Below, in pieces: positions 21,284 to 29,858 of a stretch of 64,000 nt of DNA. Within the stretch, counting starts at the first letter, position 1. Each line of letters starts with the position of its first letter. The notes beneath the pieces are model-generated. The model did not search any database, was not told the DNA's origin, and saw only the letters and a list, made by a program, of their open reading frames with translations. The stretch is from the NCBI GenBank assembly GCA_031409655.1, contig JANNXQ010000099.1, positions 32,001 to 96,000 of the forward strand, written 5' to 3'. This DNA is from Chthoniobacteraceae bacterium (lineage in GTDB: Bacteria; Verrucomicrobiota; Verrucomicrobiia; Chthoniobacterales; Chthoniobacteraceae). Made by a program: the position numbers and the translations under genes.

Positions 21284-23224
21284 ATGAGCTTCGAGAGTGT
21301 CATTAAGTATCTGGTGGTCTTCGGCGCGGCTCTGGCGACGGCGCTGCTGGCCACTCCGCTCGTGATCCGGCTGGCGATGCGGCTCGGGATGGTCGATCAG
21401 CCGGACGCCCGCCGGGTGCATACGCGGCCCACGCCCCGGGGCGGAGGGCTGGCCGTGGTGCTGGCCTTTCACGTGGCTTGCGCGGTGATCTTCCTGCCGC
21501 CGTGGGCTCAATTCTCCGGTCGCCTCACGGAGCAATGGTGGCTGAATTTTCTCGTCCTCTCGGGCGGCCTGACGGTCGTCGGTTTTCTCGATGACTTCCT
21601 CTCGCTGCGCGCGTCGGTCAAGCTCTGTGGGCAGATCGCGGTCGCGGTGGGAGCCTGGTTCCTCGACTTCCGCGTCGGGTCGATGTTTGGGGTGAATCTG
21701 CCGGATTGGGTGGACCTGCTCCTGACGGTGTTCTGGTTCGTCGCGCTGATGAACGCCTTCAACCTCATCGATGGCATGGACGGCGTCGCGGCCGGGCTCG
21801 GCAGCATCGCATCCGCGGCGCTGATCGGATCGTTTTTGCTCCGCGGTCAGCCCGCAGACTGTCTCGTGACGCTCGGCCTCCTCGGCGCGTGCCTCGGCTT
21901 TCTGCAATACAACTTCCATCCCGCCCGGGTCTTCCTCGGCGATACCGGGAGCATGTTCATCGGCTTCACCCTGGCGGCGATCTCGCTCAGCACCTACACG
22001 AAGGGCACTGCTTTCACCGCCCTCGCCGTGCCGGCCTTGGTCGTCGGGGTGCCGCTCTTCGATACCTTCCTCGCGGTGTGGCGCCGGACGGCCCGGAAGA
22101 TCCTCGGTCACGCCGACAAGCGGAAAGGCGCGGGCAAAGATGGCGGTGTCTTCGGCGCAGATAAGGATCATCTGCACCATCGGCTGCACGCGACGGGACG
22201 GTCGCAGAAGAAAGTGGCGCTGCTGCTCTACGTGGCGGCGCTGACGCTCGCGGCGGTGGGGCTGCTCGCGCAGATTTTTCATGATCTGGCGGGCGGCATC
22301 TACCTCCTCGCCTTCGTCGCCGGCACTTTCGTGATCGTCCGGCATGTCGCGCATGTGGAGCTTTGGGACAGCGCCTCGGCCCTGGTGCATGGACTTTCCC
22401 GTCCGCTGCGCCGGGAAGTCGTCGTGCCGCTCTACATCGCCGGGGATCTGGCGATCCTGGTCTTCTCGCAATTCCTCGCGCACGTGATCATTCGCGGCAG
22501 CGTCGGCAGCGGTGCCTTGCGGCAGGGGATTGTCCAAGACATCGGCTTCCAGGTGGCCATCCCCTTTGTCGCCGTGGCACTCGCCGGGATGTATCGGCGC
22601 ATCTGGAGTCGCGCGCGGCTCATGGATTTCCTCTCTCTGGCGACGGCGCTCTGTGGGGGGCTTGCCGTCGGGTTTGCGATTGTGAGCATGGTCGAGACGG
22701 AACTCACCAAGCTGCGCCTGCTCGAGACGGCGATTCAGGGTGGCTTTGCCCTCGCGCTCATGGCCGGTTTGCGGCTCTTCCGCCGCATCGCGGCGGACGT
22801 GCGCGGCAGCGTGATGGCCCGCGGGCTGACCACGACCAAGGATCTCCAGCGCGCGCTCATCTACGGGGCCGGGCACACCGGGTTACTCTTTCTGCATGCC
22901 GAAGGCGATGCCGCTCCGGGGAGCGGGCGAGGCTATCGCGTCGTGGGCTTCCTCGACGACGACACGAACATCCACGGGCGCATCATGCACGGCTTCCCGG
23001 TGCTCGGTGGCCGCGAGAATCTCTCCACGCTGCTGCCCTCCACGGCGGCGGATCTGGTCATCGTCGCGGCGCGACTCCAGCCCGAGTCCCTCTGCGCGTT
23101 GCTTGCTGCCGCCGGCGCCTGTGGCGCGCGCGTCCTCGAATGGCGCACCGGCCTCGAAGACATCAGCGAACCGTGGCCCGGAAAATCCGAGCGCGATCTC
23201 GCCAGCCGCACCCATCCCGCCTGA
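21284..23224 (+). CDS. WecA/TagO-like undecaprenyl-phosphate GlcNAc-1-phosphate transferase fused to a C-terminal TM plus Rossmann (CoA-binding-like) domain
   Basis: PTPRGGG, GFLDD, NAFNLIDGMDG, YNFHPARVFLGDTGS, DKDHLHHRL. C-terminus has ALIYGAG and VVGFLDDD..GFPVLG. Start is ATG 21284. Confidence 0.88.
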   Translation: MSFESVIKYLVVFGAALATALLATPLVIRLAMRLGMVDQPDARRVHTRPTPRGGGLAVVLAFHVACAVIFLPPWAQFSGRLTEQWWLNFLVLSGGLTVVGFLDDFLSLRASVKLCGQIAVAVGAWFLDFRVGSMFGVNLPDWVDLLLTVFWFVALMNAFNLIDGMDGVAAGLGSIASAALIGSFLLRGQPADCLVTLGLLGACLGFLQYNFHPARVFLGDTGSMFIGFTLAAISLSTYTKGTAFTALAVPALVVGVPLFDTFLAVWRRTARKILGHADKRKGAGKDGGVFGADKDHLHHRLHATGRSQKKVALLLYVAALTLAAVGLLAQIFHDLAGGIYLLAFVAGTFVIVRHVAHVELWDSASALVHGLSRPLRREVVVPLYIAGDLAILVFSQFLAHVIIRGSVGSGALRQGIVQDIGFQVAIPFVAVALAGMYRRIWSRARLMDFLSLATALCGGLAVGFAIVSMVETELTKLRLLETAIQGGFALALMAGLRLFRRIAADVRGSVMARGLTTTKDLQRALIYGAGHTGLLFLHAEGDAAPGSGRGYRVVGFLDDDTNIHGRIMHGFPVLGGRENLSTLLPSTAADLVIVAARLQPESLCALLAAAGACGARVLEWRTGLEDISEPWPGKSERDLASRTHPA

Positions 23225-23249
23225 GGGAACCTCCACTCCCGTCCGCCCG

Positions 23250-23278
23250 AAACGCCCTGCACCCGCAGGGCGTTTTTT
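23250..23278 (+). terminator. Rho-independent terminator ending the polysaccharide locus
   Basis: AAACGCCCTGC-ACCC-GCAGGGCGTTT hairpin running into a T tract, 25 nt after the stop. Confidence 0.85.
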
Positions 23279-23366
23279 GTTTCGGGGCTCGTGCGGCGGA
23301 GGCATCGATCTCGGCTGCAGTCCGCCAGGCTCCACGAAAATGCCTCCACGCCGGGTCAGAAAAAAA

Positions 23367-23460
23367 CCGCCAGAGAGCTACGACAAGGAGAGTCAAACTG
23401 CCGTTGCTGCCTTCCGGCCCTGGCGGGGTTCATCTGCTCTCAATCCATAGTCCCTGACGG
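23367..23460 (-). ncRNA. ffs: Signal recognition particle RNA (4.5S, small bacterial type)
   Basis: Minus strand contains GAACCCCGCCAGGGCCGGAAGGCAGCAACGG (domain IV, GGAA tetraloop). The 5' CCGTCAGGGA pairs with the 3' TCTCTGGCGG, followed by a T run. Confidence 0.93.
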
Positions 23461-23467
23461 AGGTGTG

Positions 23468-23495
23468 AGTATGGGCCCGCCACGGACGATGACAA
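23468..23495 (-). promoter_or_regulatory. Sigma70-type promoter of ffs
   Basis: TTGTCA-N16-CATACT, ending 7 nt before the predicted RNA 5' end. Confidence 0.7.
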
Positions 23496-23629
23496 ATAAT
23501 TTGTTAGGCAATTTCCATTTAACCGCTTGCATTGATTTTTTTGTTGGCGCAAAAACCTCCGCCCCAATCTTGCGGCTGGATTTTCCTCCGCTTCCCCTCT
23601 AACCTTACAGCAACCAGCGTCACCCATTT

Positions 23630-24424
23630 ATGGCCAAAGTTTTCCTCGGACTAGCGATTGCCTTGATGATTGCCACCGCAGTCGTCGGATTCCTCGCGAA
23701 AGGCAACATCGACACGATCCAAGGAAACCTCAAGGACACGAAGTCAACCTTGGCGACCACGACCTCGACTCTCAAGAAAACCGAAGGCTCGCTGAAGGCG
23801 ACCCAGGAGGAACTAGCGGTGGCGAAGACGGCGCTGGACGAGGAGAAAGCGGCCGTTGCGAAGGCCAAGGCGGACTTGGAAGACGCCGTGAAAAAGGCCA
23901 CCGAGGCGGCGGTTTTGGTGGAGGCGAAGACCAAGGAAATGGCTGATCTCCAGGCGAAGATCGCCGCGATGTCTGATGGCGATAAGGGCATCCCGATAGA
24001 ACAGTTCAAAGTGGAAATGGACAAGGTGCGGGCCGAATTGGAAAAGGCACAGATTCAACTCACAGAGTCCGAGCAAATCCAAAAGACGCTCAATGCGCGG
24101 GTGAAAGAGACCGAGGAAAAATTTAACGGGCTGAATAGCGAGGTGAACCGGTATCGCGCGAATGTCGCGAAGAACGGTCTCTCCGGTCGGATCATGGCTG
24201 TGAACCCTGGCTGGAATTTCGTGGTGCTGAGCGTGGGCGACAAGCAGGGCGCGGCAGTCGGCGCAAATATGCTCGTCCTCCGGGGCGGTGAGCCAATCGG
24301 GAAAGCGAAGATCACTTCCGTGGAGCCATCGACCTCGATTGCCGACATCATTCCCGGATCGGTGCGGGCGGGGATCACGGTGCAAGCTGGAGACAGCGTC
24401 GTGTACGAAGGCCAGCGGAAGTAG
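23630..24424 (+). CDS. Membrane-anchored coiled-coil protein with C-terminal FlgT_C-like beta domain
   Basis: N-terminal TM, long heptad K/E/A-rich region, and C-terminal GRIMAVNPGWNFVVLSVG..G..G..V.RGG..IGKAKITSVEP. Confidence 0.75.
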   Translation: MAKVFLGLAIALMIATAVVGFLAKGNIDTIQGNLKDTKSTLATTTSTLKKTEGSLKATQEELAVAKTALDEEKAAVAKAKADLEDAVKKATEAAVLVEAKTKEMADLQAKIAAMSDGDKGIPIEQFKVEMDKVRAELEKAQIQLTESEQIQKTLNARVKETEEKFNGLNSEVNRYRANVAKNGLSGRIMAVNPGWNFVVLSVGDKQGAAVGANMLVLRGGEPIGKAKITSVEPSTSIADIIPGSVRAGITVQAGDSVVYEGQRK

Positions 24425-24431
24425 CCTTCGC

Positions 24432-24599
24432 ATGAAGCGATTTCTCGCGCTGCTCCTGCTCGTTGGTACCAGCATTTTCCTGCCGGGCTGCGCGAGCACG
24501 GAGCCGGAAGATCCGAACCGGGTGAGCACGATCCCGTGGAACCGTCCGGAGAAGTGGGAGGGTCAGGGCCCGCTCGGCGGATTCGCGCCGAATCAGTAG
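24432..24599 (+). CDS. Small lipoprotein (55 aa)
   Basis: MKRFLALLLLVGTSIFLPGC lipobox-like signal; mature part contains IPWNRPEKWEGQGPLG; fills the gap between two co-oriented genes. Confidence 0.75.
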   Translation: MKRFLALLLLVGTSIFLPGCASTEPEDPNRVSTIPWNRPEKWEGQGPLGGFAPNQ

Positions 24600-24638
24600 T
24601 TGCCGTCGCTTTCGTTCGCGGATTTCTCCTCCGCTCCG

Positions 24639-25562
24639 GTGAAGCCGCGCATCCTGATCATTCGCGGCGGGGCAATCGGTGACTTCATCCTCACGCTCCC
24701 GGCGATCCGGCTCATCCGGGAGGCCTTCCCCGCGGCGCACCTCGAAATCCTTGGCTACCGGCACATCGTGGCTGTGGCCGAGGGCCGCTACTACGCGGAC
24801 GCGGCGCGCTCCATCGAGTACAGCGCCATGGCCGCATTCTTTGTCCCGCGTTCCGACCTGGCAGCGGACTTGGTGGAATACTTCGCCAGCTTTCAGCAGG
24901 TCATCAGTTACCTCTATGACCCGAGCAAGTTCTTCGAGGGAAACCTCCGCCGCGCGGGCGTGAAGAACTTCCTCAGCGCCTTTGCCAGGATCGACGACAC
25001 CGCGCACGCGGCCCAGCAACTCGCCCGTCCCCTCGACCGCCTCGCGCTCTACCTCGAGAGCCATGCGGCGGTCGTTTTTCCGACCGACGACGATCGCGCG
25101 ATGGCGGCGCGGGAACTCGCGGATGTCGATCAACCCACCATCGCCATCCACCCCGGGAGCGGGAGTGCGCGGAAAAATTGGCCGATTGCGAACTGGCGTG
25201 CTCTCGGTCAGCAACTCATGGATCGCCACCCGCGACCGCGGCTGATGCTGGTCGGCGGCGAGGCGGACCGTCCGCAACTTGCCGAACTCGCCACCGCCTG
25301 GCAGGCCGGCCATCCCATCCTTGCCTGCGATCTCCCTTTGCCGGAACTCGCCGCGCGCCTCGAGCGTTGTGCGCTCTTCCTCGGGCACGACAGCGGCGTC
25401 TCCCACCTGGCGGCGGCCGTCGGCACCCCGTGCGTTCTGCTCTTCGGGCCGACCGACCCGGCGATCTGGGCTCCGGCAAATGCGAACGTCACGGTTGTCG
25501 TCGCGCCGGATGGCGACTTGGAGCAGCTCTCCGTCGAGCAGGTCAAAGCGGTGCTCCCGTGA
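24639..25562 (+). CDS. Glycosyltransferase family 9 (heptosyltransferase-like)
   Basis: RGGAIGDFILTLP, IHPGSG..KNWP and GHDSGVSHLAAA..LFGPT. Confidence 0.92.
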   Translation: MKPRILIIRGGAIGDFILTLPAIRLIREAFPAAHLEILGYRHIVAVAEGRYYADAARSIEYSAMAAFFVPRSDLAADLVEYFASFQQVISYLYDPSKFFEGNLRRAGVKNFLSAFARIDDTAHAAQQLARPLDRLALYLESHAAVVFPTDDDRAMAARELADVDQPTIAIHPGSGSARKNWPIANWRALGQQLMDRHPRPRLMLVGGEADRPQLAELATAWQAGHPILACDLPLPELAARLERCALFLGHDSGVSHLAAAVGTPCVLLFGPTDPAIWAPANANVTVVVAPDGDLEQLSVEQVKAVLP

Positions 25563-25628
25563 CGATCCGCGCACCGCGGCAGAAATCATTTGCCGGTGCG
25601 CACGGCGTCCGCTACCTCTCCCGCCCCT

Positions 25629-25931
25629 ATGACTGAAGAAACCAAACCCGCTCCCCCGACCATCGACGCTTCGAACCTCAAGACCGTCTATGCCAATGTC
25701 TGCCGCATCGCCCAGACGCCGAATGAAGTCATCGTGGACTTCGGAATGAACCCCAACTTTTTCGGCAACATCCTCGATGAACCGCTGAAGCTCGAGAATC
25801 GCGTGATCATGTCGCACGACGCCGCCAAGCGCCTCTGCATCCACCTCACGGCCACGATCCAGGCCTTTGAGGCAAAGTATGGCCCCGTCGAGCTCGACGT
25901 GACCAAGCGCCTCAAGCAGCAGGCGCAATAG
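25629..25931 (+). CDS. DUF3467 family protein
   Basis: VYANVCRIAQTPNEVIVDFG...RVIMSHDAAKRL...FEAKYG pattern. Confidence 0.8.
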   Translation: MTEETKPAPPTIDASNLKTVYANVCRIAQTPNEVIVDFGMNPNFFGNILDEPLKLENRVIMSHDAAKRLCIHLTATIQAFEAKYGPVELDVTKRLKQQAQ

Positions 25932-25964
25932 CCGCGAGGGGAAATCCCCGCGCTCGATTTTTCC

Positions 25965-26027
25965 AAGAAGCCCCAAGCTGGGAGGCGTGCCTGAGATCCG
26001 GGCGCCCTTTGAGCTTGGGGTTTTCTT
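25965..26027. terminator. Hairpin between convergent genes (probable bidirectional terminator)
   Basis: AAGAAGCCCCAAGCT ... AGCTTGGGGTTTTCTT inverted repeat. Confidence 0.5.
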
Positions 26028-26038
26028 TGCCCCGATCG

Positions 26039-26746
26039 CTATTTCTCGAGGCCGTCCACTTCCAGATACGTCGGCGCGCGATCTTCCCGGCCGCTCCGCG
26101 TCGCCTCCATCCCCTCGATGCGCATTTGCTTCAGCAGCCACGCCCCGTCGATCTTCTGCGGGGAGATGACCTTGAAGCGGCGCGCGAGTTTGCCGTCGTG
26201 GCCATAGGCCTCCGCTTGCATCAGCGCGCCCGTCTCCTTGTCGATCCAAAGCACAGCCTTGCTGTATTGCGAATCACTTTTCGCCGGCGGCTCGGTGCGG
26301 ATGATCCAGCATTTGCGCAGGATCATGATCTGGTCGCCCTCGACGGTGGCCTTCGTCCAGTAGAGAAATTTCATCGCGAGATCCTCGTAGGTGATGTCGC
26401 TGTCGCGCACCTTGTCGTCAAAGCGCGCCGCCGTGACCTTCTTCGTGGCCCCGCCGACGATCTCCTCGAGGCGCGATTCTTTCTCGAGCAACCGCAACTG
26501 AATCACCTGCGCCGGGTCGGAAAATTCCCAGCGCAGCGTCCCATTCTCCGCGAGGAGCCGGAAGGGGATGGACTTCCCAGCCGTCCGCAGCCGTCCCCGG
26601 ATCACCTGCTTTTGCGCGGTCTGCGCGGAGCGCACGCCTCCGAGGATGGCCCGCGCGTCGGGCGTCTCGGCAGCGCCCGCCGCACCGCTCCAGCAAAGGA
26701 GCGCGGCCAGGGCCAATCGTGTCTTTACATGAAATGTCGTCGCCAT
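26039..26746 (-). CDS. Outer-membrane lipoprotein-sorting (LolA-like) protein
   Basis: Signal peptide; DSDITYEDL and SQYSKAVLWIDKE..YGHDGKLARR motifs typical of the LolA-like family. Confidence 0.75.
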   Translation of the reverse strand: MATTFHVKTRLALAALLCWSGAAGAAETPDARAILGGVRSAQTAQKQVIRGRLRTAGKSIPFRLLAENGTLRWEFSDPAQVIQLRLLEKESRLEEIVGGATKKVTAARFDDKVRDSDITYEDLAMKFLYWTKATVEGDQIMILRKCWIIRTEPPAKSDSQYSKAVLWIDKETGALMQAEAYGHDGKLARRFKVISPQKIDGAWLLKQMRIEGMEATRSGREDRAPTYLEVDGLEK

Positions 26747-26756
26747 AGGGTCGGAG

Positions 26757-26860
26757 GAGTTGAGTGTCGGGAGTTGAGCGTTGAGTGATCCAAATTGGAG
26801 CGCGGAGCGCTGCCGATGGGTGGCCACACGGCGGATTCTCAGCACTTAACTCTCAACTTC
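26757..26860. repeat. Inverted heptamer array (GTTGAG-N / N-CTCAAC)
   Basis: GAGTTGAGTGTCGGGAGTTGAGCGTTGAG ... CTCAGCACTTAACTCTCAACTTC fills a divergent intergenic region. Confidence 0.75.
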
Positions 26861-26865
26861 TCCCG

Positions 26866-27513
26866 ATGGACCAACAGCTTCTTTTTCTGATCAACCGCGA
26901 ATGGACGAGCGCACCGCTCGATCTCTTCATGGCGGCGCTCTCGAGCCTGGATGCGTGGATGCCCATCATCATCGCCAGCGGCCTCGCCATGGCCATCTGG
27001 GGAAACTTTCGCTGCCGTGCTTTCCTCGCTGCGGCACTGATCGTCGTCGGGATCAATGACGGCCTCATTTCGCGCTCCCTCAAGCGTCTCGTGGATCGGC
27101 CCCGACCGCATCAATCCCACAACGACGTGCGCCAGGTGGATCTCGCCAAGGCCAAGCCGCGCGCGCTGGCCCTTTTCAAGCCCGTGAAAGTGAAACTCTC
27201 GCGCACCACCCTGCACGATGTGGATGGCCGCTCCTTTCCCTCCTCACACACCATGAACACGATCTCCGCCGCGCTCGTCGCCGTCTGCTTCTTCGGGCGC
27301 CGCGCGTGGTGGACCTTGCTCGTCGCGGCTCTCATCGCCTACTCCCGCATCTACACCGGCGCGCACTGGCCGACGGATGTGGTGACATCGATCTTCCTCG
27401 GCGTCGGCACGACGCTGCTTTGGCTCATGATGCTGGAGTGGCTCTGGCGCAGGCACGCTGGGCAATTGCTGCCGCGGCTGCACGCCCAGCACCCGAGCCT
27501 GCTGGCTGCCTGA
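26866..27513 (+). CDS. PAP2 family phosphatase (LpxE/LpxF-like)
   Basis: KRLVDRPRP, SFPSSH and SRIYTGAHWPTDV motifs. Confidence 0.92.
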   Translation: MDQQLLFLINREWTSAPLDLFMAALSSLDAWMPIIIASGLAMAIWGNFRCRAFLAAALIVVGINDGLISRSLKRLVDRPRPHQSHNDVRQVDLAKAKPRALALFKPVKVKLSRTTLHDVDGRSFPSSHTMNTISAALVAVCFFGRRAWWTLLVAALIAYSRIYTGAHWPTDVVTSIFLGVGTTLLWLMMLEWLWRRHAGQLLPRLHAQHPSLLAA

Positions 27514-27542
27514 CGGATGTTTCCCGCATCGCCTCTCCACCG

Positions 27543-29120
27543 ATGACCGCCCGCCGCCTCCTCTTCCTCTTCCTCGGCGCGCTCACCGTGCTGCGTCTCG
27601 CCTACGCCTCCCAGGTCGAGCTCTCGCCCGACGAGGCCTACTACTCTCAGTGGGCCCAGCGGCTGGACTGGAGCTACTTCAGCAAAGGCCCCGGCATCGC
27701 CGTGACGATGTGGTTGAGCACGCATCTCGCCGGCGTCAGCGAACTCGGCGTCCGCCTCTTCAGCCCGCTCCTCGCGCTCGGGACCTGCCTGCTCATGTTC
27801 TCCTTCACCCGCCGGCTCTACGGCGAGTCCGTGGCCGTGTGGACGGTGCTGATGATGAATTGCACGCCCATCTTCCAAGTGGGTGGACTCGTCATGACGA
27901 TCGATCCGCTCTCGATCTTCTTTTGGATGGCCGCCCTCTACGCCTTCTGGCTCGCCCTCGAGCGCAGCCCGGCATTTTCCCTCTGGTGGCCGGCGACGGG
28001 GCTGCTCATCGGGCTGGGATTCCTGGCGAAATTTACCGCCGCCATGCAGCTCCTCTCAGTCGTCTTGGCGCTGGTCATCATGCCCCGTTATCGCCGCGAA
28101 TTTCGCCGCCCCGGTTTCTACACGCTGCTCGCCGCCTTCGCGGTCTGCACCATTCCCCCGATAGTCTGGAATGCGCGGCACGACTGGATCACCGCCGTCC
28201 ACCTCCGCGCGCGCGGCGGGCTGAAAGGCAGCTTCGGCATCGACCTCGGCGAGTGGTTCAGCTTTGTCGGCGCGCATTTCGGCGTTTACTCACCGCTCAT
28301 CTGCGCGGGTTTCGTCGTCGCGCTCTGGTGGGGCTGGCGCGCCGCGCGCATCCACACCAAGCCGCAGTTTCTCCTCGTCTTCACGCTCCCGCTGCTCGCG
28401 CTCTACCTCTTCCTCGCGCTCAAGCAGGCCGGCGAAGCAAACTGGACCGCGCCCGCCGCGCTCAGCCTCGGCATCCTCGCCACCGCGCTCTGGCACGAAA
28501 AGGCCAGGGAACACGCCTGGGCGCGCACCTTCTGCATCGCCGCACTCGTCGTCGGCGCGGGGATGAGCCTGCTCACGCTCAACTCCGACGCCGTCCGCAC
28601 CCTCGGCCTGCCCCTTTCCTACGACCTCGATCCCTCCGCGCGCCTCCGCGGCTGGCACTCCGCCGCCGAGCGCATCGAAGAGTTCCGCCACCGCTACGAA
28701 GCCGAGCACGGCGAGCCCGTCTTCCTCATCGCGAACAACTATGGCAGCGCCGCCAGCCTCGCCTTTTACCTCAAGGACAAACGCCCCGAAGGTCCCGGCC
28801 ACCCGCCGGTTTATGTGCCCGAGTCCGCCTACCCGGAGAACCAATTTTTCTTCTGGCCGCGCTACGACGAGAACCTCGATCTCCCGCCCGGTGAACCTCC
28901 CCCCGGGCTGTACTACACCGAGGAAATGGGCTACAACCCCTTCCTCGGTCGCTCCGCGCTCTACATCACCGAACGCGCCGAGGAGCGCGCGCCCTCCTCC
29001 ATCAAGCGCGGCTTCGAGCGCGTGGAAATGATCGCCTGCATCGAGCAATCGCGCCGCGGTCAGCCGCTCCGCCAACTGCGCATCTTCGCCTGCCACCGCT
29101 ACAAGCAGGTCGATCTATGA
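27543..29120 (+). CDS. ArnT/PMT (GT83/GT39) family membrane glycosyltransferase
   Basis: ELSPDEAYY..W, SKGPG, MTIDP, LAKFT; multi-TM. Confidence 0.88.
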   Translation: MTARRLLFLFLGALTVLRLAYASQVELSPDEAYYSQWAQRLDWSYFSKGPGIAVTMWLSTHLAGVSELGVRLFSPLLALGTCLLMFSFTRRLYGESVAVWTVLMMNCTPIFQVGGLVMTIDPLSIFFWMAALYAFWLALERSPAFSLWWPATGLLIGLGFLAKFTAAMQLLSVVLALVIMPRYRREFRRPGFYTLLAAFAVCTIPPIVWNARHDWITAVHLRARGGLKGSFGIDLGEWFSFVGAHFGVYSPLICAGFVVALWWGWRAARIHTKPQFLLVFTLPLLALYLFLALKQAGEANWTAPAALSLGILATALWHEKAREHAWARTFCIAALVVGAGMSLLTLNSDAVRTLGLPLSYDLDPSARLRGWHSAAERIEEFRHRYEAEHGEPVFLIANNYGSAASLAFYLKDKRPEGPGHPPVYVPESAYPENQFFFWPRYDENLDLPPGEPPPGLYYTEEMGYNPFLGRSALYITERAEERAPSSIKRGFERVEMIACIEQSRRGQPLRQLRIFACHRYKQVDL

Positions 29121-29830
29121 CCGAGCCCGCCCTCTCCGTCGTCATCCCGCTCTACAACGAGGAGGACAACATCGTCCCGCTCCAGGAAGAGCTGGCCGCC
29201 GCGCTCGCCGGCATTGATTACGAACTCATCCTCATCGACGACTGCTCGCAGGACGCCACGCTCCAGCGCATCCGGCGCGGGCCGGAAGTGCGCATCATCG
29301 AGTTTGCAAAAAACACCGGCCAGAGCGCCGCGATGTACGCCGGCGTCAATGCCGCGCGCGGCGCGAAAATCGTGCTCCTCGACGGCGACCGCCAAAACGA
29401 TCCGGCCGATATTCCCCGCATGATCGCCAAGCTCGACGAAGGCTACGACCTCGTCTGCGGCTGGCGCGCCAAGCGGCAGGACAGTTGGTCAAAGAAACTC
29501 ACGAGCCGCTTCGCGAACTTCGTCCGCAGCCGTTTCACCCGCGACGGCGTCCACGACACCGGCTGCACCTTGAAAGTCATGCGGCGCGAATGCCGCGAAG
29601 CGCTCGTCCCTTTTTACGGCATGCACCGCTTCATCCCCGCGCTCATCAAAGGCCTGGGCTACCGCATCACCGAGCTGCCCGTTCATCACCGCCCCCGCGT
29701 CGCCGGCGTCAGCAAATACGGCTTCGGCAACCGCGCGCTCAAAGCCACCATGGACATGTTTGCCGTCCGCTGGCTGCTCGGCCGCCAGCTCCAGATCCGG
29801 ATCAAAGGCGAACTCAACGGCACTCCCTGA
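29117..29830 (+). CDS. Polyprenol-phosphate glycosyltransferase (GT2, ArnC-like)
   Basis: SVVIPLYNEE, DDCSQD, LDGDRQNDPADIP, DTGCTLK, HRFIPAL. Confidence 0.9.
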   Translation: MTEPALSVVIPLYNEEDNIVPLQEELAAALAGIDYELILIDDCSQDATLQRIRRGPEVRIIEFAKNTGQSAAMYAGVNAARGAKIVLLDGDRQNDPADIPRMIAKLDEGYDLVCGWRAKRQDSWSKKLTSRFANFVRSRFTRDGVHDTGCTLKVMRRECREALVPFYGMHRFIPALIKGLGYRITELPVHHRPRVAGVSKYGFGNRALKATMDMFAVRWLLGRQLQIRIKGELNGTP

Positions 29831-29858
29831 GCCCCGCCGATCTCGTGGGCTGCTGACC

